A DNA stretch of 64,000 nucleotides from Octopus vulgaris. Taxonomy: Eukaryota. The translations under genes and the position numbers were made by a program. Below the pieces are notes generated by a model. That model had not been told where the DNA came from and ran no database searches. It saw only the letters and a list, made by a program, of their open reading frames with translations. Below, piece by piece: positions 55,875 through 64,000 of this stretch (position 1 is the stretch's first letter; every line of letters begins with the position of its first letter). The stretch is taken from assembly GCA_951406725.2 (NCBI GenBank), contig OX597814.1, positions 201,934,001-201,998,000 on the forward strand, written 5' to 3'.

Positions 55875-57780
55875 TGTCCTGGAGCGTCGATATAAAGCAA
55901 CTACATTCCAGAAGTTCTTTTTCTCTTCTTCTCAACTGTATCTATCACCATAGCGATTATCATTCATTCTTCTTTATTCAGATTATTAGAATTTTAACTG
56001 AACATGGAAATTTTTGTCCGTTAATGCCTCAAAATTCTTCTAGGTTCTGTTAATATTATTCTTTGACAATTTGTTCTATTTTCGATTAGATCTTGATTTA
56101 TTGAATGAAGTGTGAAGGGAAATTTTTTCTTCTTCTCTGTCCTGTTCTCTATAAAAAAAATATCTTCAATCGTTTGTTCTGTAAAAGAATTCCATATTTG
56201 AATTGCATTTTGAGGATTACAAAAGCATAAAAAAAAACTTAAATATTTCTCAAAGGTGTGATGACATTCTTAATGTTGAAGCCTGCTTTAAAATGTTTTC
56301 AAACTCATTGTGGTTTTGCAATAATCTTAGCCGTAAGCAAGCATAAAGATGCATCTTTAAAAATTGGCATAATTTCTCAATTATTCATATTTTCTTGATC
56401 CTGGAACATGAAGCAAAAATAGACGGAAATGAAATTTTTTAGCATCTTTCAAACTCATCGGATTTTTTTAGATAACAACAACAACAACAACAATAATACT
56501 AATATGATTTCTTTATCCGACAGTCCATTTCTTTTGTCACATTCACTGAACACCTCACATAAAAGAATTTTAATTTTCGTGAGCTTGAACCAAACGTCTT
56601 TTGTATTTCTCCGAAGATATTTGGAAATCTTTCCATGCATGTTCCAATTTCCCAAAGAGAAGCAAAATTATTAATACCACATGACGACTCATGCATCATG
56701 GATTTTTTCACAAGACCCTGCAATGGAATGTCTTTATTGGGAATTTCTGCAGATATTAATATGTCGATGTTCTCTACATTTTAAATTTTATTTCTTCCAG
56801 AACACTAATCAACAACAGAAGTTTCTGTCATGCCAATTATATGTTTCTCCTTGATATCTTTTAAGGCAAATATTATAAACCCTTGCAATTATATTCTAGT
56901 GATTTTCTATTATCTCATTCTGCCACAAGTCATTGATGTGTCTTGGATATCCCATATTTTGCTGCCATTTACGTAGAATCTTAGAAAGCATTGGTGAACG
57001 CTCTATAACCTTTCTTGAAACGAAAAAAAAGTAATATAATTGAAATTGTTGATTATAAATCATTTTCTTTTCTTGCATCGAAGTGGTCTATTAACTCACT
57101 ATACTCTTTCTTACGAATCTGGGATTAATTATTCCTAATTAACTACAAATGACATTTTTCAACTCGGTGCATTCTGTCAGTCTCATTTTCTCTGCTTCTT
57201 TCTTGTGATTATTCCCTCTGATTTTGTCGTACCAATTGCTCTACTTTCCTGTACTTCCTCTCTTATTAACTCAGGCCATGTATCACTATCTATACATTAA
57301 CATCCACTAAATACGACTGCAAAAAGATTTCCTCCCGTATGGATAATACTGAGTCGTTATCTAAATGTCAGCCCTGAATTAGAAATTATTGCATATTCAT
57401 CCGAGTATGAATATGTGTTCTGTGAGATGCATGTTGCTGGATTTCATTGTGTCATCCAAATTCACCGCAAGAAGATAGAGGTAGATGACACATTAGACTC
57501 AGATGGAAGGAAAAACAGGAATTCGTTTTAGAAGCACATAATTGCAATTTCTTGCATAAATTCCAATATCCCTATTTTCAAGAGGCGTTCTGTTTTTACC
57601 AATAAATATAGCAGCTCTTTCACTATTAGTTTTACTATGAGTTGTTAGAAAATTGAACCACCTTATTTCCGCATCTTGTCTAAAATAAAGTTCCTCTTTA
57701 AGAAGTGGAACATTGTCTCAGATTGTACTCAGATGCTTTTTATTCCATCTAAATACTTTTGAATGAAACTGAACATATAA
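55875..57780 (-). mobile_element. Helitron Rep and helicase N-terminal remnant
   Basis: ENRDIGIYAR, IRNN*SQIRKKEYSEL, IIARVY, ISAEIPN..VKKSMMHESSCG..CMERFP, LLHVPG, CNPQNAIQIW, YIDAPG in canonical RepHel order. Confidence 0.85.
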
Positions 57781-58258
57781 ATTATAGGTTATAATTATAC
57801 CCACTTAAACTTGGATGTTCTGTTAAAACACACACATACAATCACGAGTAAGTGAATAAAGGCAAAACAAGGTGGAAAAAATAGTACTCGAATGCGAAAG
57901 ATAGAGTAAAATGCTTTTATTAAAGCTACAAAAACCATCACAAACTGTTACTCAGAGCTTCAACTGTTTGTCGGACAGTTCGTGGTAAGGTGATTTGACG
58001 TCTATCTTTCGCATATTAGGAATCAACTTTGGTGGTCATTCCTCTTAATTTATATATATATAATTTTTATAATTATGAGTATAATTATAATTAGGGTTCA
58101 GCAAAACAATTTGCTTCGCCACATACCGAAAATTTAGAAATACCAGCCAAAAAACTAGCTATTTCTCTACCATAAGAAAATCTCCCAGACAACATATACT
58201 CAAAAACAATCCACGTAGGCAAAGAGAAAAAACAACGAATTCACCCGGCATTTGATTA

Positions 58259-58343
58259 ACTGTGGACGCGTTTCGGAGTTAGATAGATATGAAAAATGCA
58301 AAAACCACATTTCCATTCTATCACTCTCGCTCTTCAGCACAGT
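58259..58343 (-). ncRNA. Type I hammerhead ribozyme with complete core and long stem II
   Basis: actgtg-CTGAAGA-[long imperfect hairpin]-GAAA-CGCGTC-cacagt; 6-bp stem I, ACGCGT palindromic stem III, GUC site. Confidence 0.82.
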
Positions 58344-59249
58344 ATTTCAAGATTTTAAATTTGAGAGCACTGAAAAAAATTGGACATACCTTATACAAAT
58401 TATATACAAATTATATATAACAACGAAAAAGGCACAATTGTGGATGCAAATATTTTTACAAGAAAATGTTGATTTTTATTATTTTCGTAAAAAAAAAAGG
58501 CTCAGTTCTTCACGATATGGCTATACTTAAAGGAGCATAACAACAAAACATTTCCATTCCGGCAGTAATTCAGGGGTTAAGCTATAAATCTAAAGACCTT
58601 TTCAATGATTCCTAATGTTATATGGTTCCTCAATCATGGGATTCCAGTTTCCTTATTGTTTTCTTTCTTCTCTCTTGAAGTCTTTTTCTAATCTGTAATA
58701 AATATTCAAGACATTTTCTCATTCATATTTTCTCTGCTTCTCTCGTGCTCTTTCAGGCAACCTTGCTCTACCATTTGTTCGCCCTTCTTATTCTGTCTCT
58801 TGTTAACTCAGGTCATGTATCTATATTATATGAGATTGCATCGTATAAGAGGCTTAATCTTCGTTATTTAGCAGGCGATAGTTATTTGTATGACATCCCA
58901 TAAGTTAAAATGATAGAGGATTAGAAAGATAAATTTTGTTTCAATTGAATAACTATATTCTTCGTCATCTTTTTCTTAGCACTACCACAACCATTACCAT
59001 CTCTATTAACCACCACCTCTGACAACAAACTACGACAAATTTCAGTAATTCACATATGTGAGTGATTACATATCCGTGCATTGTTCCTTATTCCTTCGGC
59101 TGGCATCGCCTCCATCCACTAAACACTCCTCTCTCTCTGCCACTTCCCTCAGCATATCTCTTTTTCCTTCGACTGAATGGGTTTCTATGGACACCACAGA
59201 TATACGTTGGTGCCAACATATCAATATTATGGATATGTCCAAGACAGTG

Positions 59250-59448
59250 AGATAGCAGAATCGTTAGCACACCACGCAAAAATGCTTAGCAGCTTTTCGA
59301 CAGTCTTTTCATTCTGAGTTCAAGTTCCGCCAAGGTTGACTTTGTGTGTCATCCTTTCAGGGTTGATAAAACAAGTACCAATTAATCACTGGGGTCGATG
59401 TAATCGACTGACCGGCTCTCCCGAAATTGCTGGCCTTGTACAAAAATC
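59250..59448 (+). mobile_element. Diverged family B-related SINE
   Basis: Head and core match. Confidence 0.75.
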
Positions 59449-60479
59449 TGAATTGGCTATTACGAATATGTCAACAAATTTATCATTCGAGTTTATTTGT
59501 TCTCCAAAGAGTCAATATCGGGACGTCTGTTATCAGCTGTAATTGGTAACTAAATTCCTCACCAGCCACTGTCTTGGAAAAGGAATACTGATGCACGAAG
59601 AAAAACGTGATGCTTATGATTGGAAGTCCTTTGAACTTTGATCCGGTCGATTAACGCTGACCAAGGGCGAAATAACAATAACTTCTGCTCCATTGAACCA
59701 AAGTCTTCGTACTTTCTATATATATCAAAAGAATTTCATTATGATATAAATTCTTTGTATATTAATAACAGTCACGGTTTCATTTGTTTATTTGTTGTTA
59801 GTCTTAAATGCGATACGTATTCATCTCACCAGGTTAACTATTTATAGTTTTAATTAATTAACACTGTTATGTCAACTAATTTCAGTCTCCCTGGTCAGTG
59901 TTTGGTTAACTCAAACATTGTTCAATAATGTTTACCTCTCCACACTACAAACGTAGTCTCGACGACTTAACATTATCCTGCTCACTACATCGTTCATGTT
60001 AGCATTTATCCCGTTATTTTTTTTTTTAAAGCATTTAATTTTCCCCTTGCAGTGGAATGCAAAAATAATCCGTCTGTGAAATTCATGATTCCCTCCAAAT
60101 TCTAAATTGGCCGAAATATTAGAAGAAAAACAGGGTATAAATAAGTGGGGAAAAAAACTATTGATTTATCATTTGTTCACATGGCTTGCACATTTTAAAA
60201 GCAGAACTGCATTAAATCAAAAGGAAAGCTCATCGCATAAAGAAATATGGAATAAAAGATGTCTGCTGGAAATGCATAAAACTTAATGAAACCATAAATC
60301 TAAGCTGTTATAGGCGGTCTTTGGGGAATCTGGGAAGCATTCTTGTTGCTCTGTATCTGTATTTTATTCAGACTAAAAGTAGAATGATATCAATATGAAG
60401 TTAATGGATTTGGTGAAACATTTCATTTCTCCTATGACATTCTGCTGGCTTAGATTTTTTTTCTTTCTTTCTCGTTCTC

Positions 60480-60560
<81 letters not shown>

Positions 60561-60744
60561 ATCCGTGATCTGATCTTCCATCACTGCACTAACTCAATGG
60601 CATAGCATTTAATTCCAACAGGGTAAGATACGGAGACGTTTGTGGGATACTCTCAGACAACATGGCTTCAACATGGCCTCAACATAGCTTCAGTAAGATA
60701 AATCTGGAAAATATATTGTTATATTTCTGAAGAGTCATATGCGT

Positions 60745-60745
<1 letters not shown>

Positions 60746-60803
<58 letters not shown>

Positions 60804-60935
60804 TACATACATACATACATACATACATGCATACATACATACATACATACGTACGTACGTACGTACATACATACATACATACATACATACATACATACAT
60901 ACATACATACATACATACATACATACATACATACA
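60746..60935. repeat. (CA)n/(CATA)n microsatellite
   Basis: Directly visible. Confidence 0.95.
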
Positions 60936-61307
60936 CGTTTGCATGTACGTAAGAATGTGTACATGCACGTATGTATAAAGTGGTTTCACGAGCGAAATGA
61001 AAGCAATAAATATGTTGTTTAGAGCGAATATCTGTATTATAATGTTGTAGATAAATAAAACTACATTTCTTTGGCATTAAGTTTCAAACTAAACAGAACG
61101 TTCTTTAAATACATGTAATTCAAGTAAAGGTTGACGGTTTTATGTTATTGTCTTCCGTATCTGTAGAAGCTTGTCGTGAAATACAGTCTGTGTTTAGGCA
61201 AAGTCAAAATAATAGCAAAGAGTGATATCGGTCCCACACCAGAATACACATGCCTGAATATACATCCGCTCAAAGATTAACCACAGACTGTTTTATATTT
61301 AATAGGG

Positions 61308-61629
61308 GCACTCCGTCGGTTACAACGACGAGGGTCGTAGCTGATACGATCAACGGAACAGCCTGCTCGTGAAATTAACGTGAAGTGACTGAGCAATCCA
61401 CAGGCACGTGTACCCCTAACGTAGTTCTCAGGGAGACTCAGCGTGACATAGAGCATGACAAGGCTGGCCCTTTGAAATACAGGTACCACTCATATTTGCC
61501 AGCTGAGTGGACTGGAGCAATGCAAAATAAAGTGTCTTGCTCAAGGATACAACGCATCGCCGGAAATCGAACTCACGATTTTACGATCGTGAGCCGAATG
61601 CCCTAACCACTAAACCACGCGCCTTCACA
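61308..61629 (-). mobile_element. SINE (head D, tail X)
   Basis: tRNA head and CORE-like segment; short flanking repeat aataggg. Confidence 0.9.
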
Positions 61630-61692
61630 ATAGGGACACATTATTTTATGAAATTAGCTTCTGCAGTACAGATTGTTTGCCATCATAATACG

Positions 61693-61995
61693 GTAGTCCT
61701 GGCTTAGGACGAATGTTGCTGTAATTTATCCCCAGGAGACATTGTCTCCAGCTGGCTGTACGACACGATCCTTATATTTTAATGTCGTACCGCCAGCTGG
61801 AGACGATGTCTCCTGGGGCTAAATTACAGTAACATTCGTCCTAAACCAGGACTGCCATGTTATATAATTTAGCCCCAGGAGACATCGTGTCCAGCTGGCT
61901 ATACGACACGATCTGTGTCCTTATATTTTCGTGTCGTATAGCCATCTGGGGACGATGTCTCCTGGGGTTAAATTACAGCAACATTTGTCCTAAAC
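61693..61995. repeat. Double palindrome (four alternating copies of a ~65-bp unit)
   Basis: Unit taatttagccccaggagacatcgtctccagctggc in +,-,+,- order. Confidence 0.9.
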
Positions 61996-62619
61996 AATCT
62001 TAACTCCAAATTACTGTTGCTGAATATCTCTCGTTGTGAGATTTACAAATAGTAATTTTCTAAATTAGTTTCTGTTTAAGTAATCATTTGAAGCATTATA
62101 TTTATCTAAAAATAATTTTTTTTTAATGTTTCTCTGTAACACAAATGCTGCAATCATAGAATTGTTGCTGTATAATTTGTACTGTTTCAATATGTCCCTA
62201 AAGATGATAATCATGAATTATCTTGCCTTCAGGTCTCTATATTTAACAGGAAAATGCTGTGTAAATCCTCTTTACTTCTATTTAGAAAAACAGAGTGTAG
62301 GGAAGGATTCGTGACAGACGAATTGTAGACAGATACTTCGCTGTGGGCTAGCTAGGAAGTTGGTCAGCAGGAGAGGAATAGGACTTTCCAGTAGGAGAAC
62401 GAAAAACAGAAGAATGTCTGCAGCGAGCGTGGAACGAATCTGAGTGAACTATACAGAAATAACTGACAACTTAAGCCCTATTTTACCTAAAGTAATAAAC
62501 CTTTGGTAAATGTATTCTCTTCACTGGTTTGTTTGTGTGTAGCTTAACAAAACTAGAATTATGCATAGAACTCTATGCAGAGGTTTGTAGTAACGCTATT
62601 ATTTCCATTATTAATTGAG

Positions 62620-63040
62620 GGATCTTTTCGGTTTGAACGGCAGTTTTTTCTAGCGGCGTCATATGAAATTGCCACCCATAATTGTGACCCTAATATCGAT
62701 CTATTGCATTTCAATCTGTTTTAGGGTCAGGGTTAGGGGTGGGGGAAGAGTATATTTTTTTCTTCACAAATGTAAATAAGCCCAATCTGTTTCTTAAACG
62801 AGGGACATATTCATACGGCATAGAATGTTTTTTTTTACCTCAATAGACGTCAGTGATTGGTTGAAATTGCAGAAATTGAAGAAAAAAACAACAACAAATA
62901 TCTTACAAACTATAGAATTTTCTCAATAAAGCCAAGAGAAAAAGATGTTTTATAAACATATTCTACCAGTATACGAAGTTTAAAATTTTTTAGTTACCTA
63001 GAAATTATGTTAAAAACTGCCGTTCAAACCGAAAAGATCC
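62620..63040. mobile_element. MITE with 29-bp TIRs and 8-bp TSD (Merlin-like GG termini; hAT not excluded)
   Basis: TIR ggatcttttcggtttgaacggcagttttt; TSD taattgag at 62612-62619 and 63041-63048. Confidence 0.92.
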
Positions 63041-63596
63041 TAATTGAGTCTTCTTTAACTGAGTAGAGTACTACAGGTATATCGTAGATCTGTTGGAAGA
63101 GGTAACAACTTCTTCATATGTGAACATTGTATTTAATTCTTATAATTAGTAGGTTATTCAGATGAGAGACTTTAATTGTTAGCTGTGCAAATGTAGCTGA
63201 CTTGTATTATGTTTGCATGCACGAGAAGTAAGGCGCCAATGAGCTTAGAGAAAAACTGGGAATTATATGTTGTATGCAAGAGAGGCGACAGCATGGGTAT
63301 GGATATATAAACGTGTGCGCGTAATGACAAACTCCGCTACAGCTTGTCCCAAACCCAGTTTAGAAAGGAGAAGATTAGCAGGTGTAGGGGTAGCAGCCCT
63401 GCACTATCGATTTTCTACATTGCTTCTGAAACACTAAAAAGGGAACATATGAAACTGATCCCAGAAATCCTCAGAGCCTGTGTATAAAGCAATGAAGTGA
63501 AATCCGAATTTCATGCTACGATGTAGAACAACGTTCTTACACCAAGCCAACATGGAAAAGGTCCATGGAAACTGAAGCACTGGTGAGTGGGAGGAA

Positions 63597-63978
63597 GCAC
63601 TCCGTCGGTTACGACGACGAGGGTTCCGGTTGATCCGAATCAACGGAACAGCCTGCTCGTGAAATTAACGTGTAAGTGGCTAAGCACTCCACAGACACGT
63701 GTACCCTTAACGTAGTTCTCGGGGATATTCAGCGTGACACAGAGAGTGACAAGGCCGGCCCTTTGAAATACAGGTACAACAGAAACAGGAAGTAAGAGTG
63801 AGAGAAAGTTATGGTGAAAGAGTACAGCAGGGATCACCACCATCCCCTGCCGGAGCCTCGTGGAGCTTTTAGGTGTTTTCGCTAAATAAACACTCACAAC
63901 GCCCGGTCTGGGAATCGAAACCGCGATCCTACGACCGCGAATCCGCTGCCCTAACCACTGGGCCATTGCGCCTCCACA
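63597..63978 (-). mobile_element. SINE (head C, tail X), full length
   Basis: A/B boxes; flanking repeat cactggtga(g/c)tgg. Confidence 0.9.
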
Positions 63979-64000
63979 CTGGTGACTGGATAAACCTGGT

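Noticed and set aside
62270-62590. Possible solo LTR
   Set aside because: No clear TG..CA termini or TSD identified.

Overview
AT-rich, microsatellite-dense eukaryotic DNA with no supportable intact host protein-coding gene. The SINE families and repeat landscape point to an octopus/coleoid cephalopod genome (inference). Most listed ORFs are microsatellite artefacts or transposon remnants. Contents: (i) a near-full-length but disrupted Dong/R4-type RLE retrotransposon (26205-30150, -) within a nest of truncated Dong ends, all in (TAA)n tracts with the same polarity; (ii) several Penelope-like element (PLE) remnants (RT and GIY-YIG); (iii) several distinct hammerhead-ribozyme motifs, one with a complete canonical core (58259-58343, -), others in fold-back arrangements or next to PLE ORFs; (iv) an old Helitron Rep/Pif1-helicase ORF that is split across 51250-57780 by later insertions and is only weakly visible in the ORF track; (v) mariner, piggyBac-like and GG-terminus MITE derivatives with TIRs/TSDs; (vi) Gypsy, CR1 and RTE fragments; (vii) about 30 tRNA-derived SINE copies or fragments showing module shuffling and a tail shared with a CR1 LINE. 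The best candidate for a 'system' is the set of short, ORF-less, hammerhead-bearing PLE-terminal repeats. Hammerheads in PLEs are already known in animals, so novelty here would be at family or architecture level and needs database checks. Boundaries of decayed elements are approximate.
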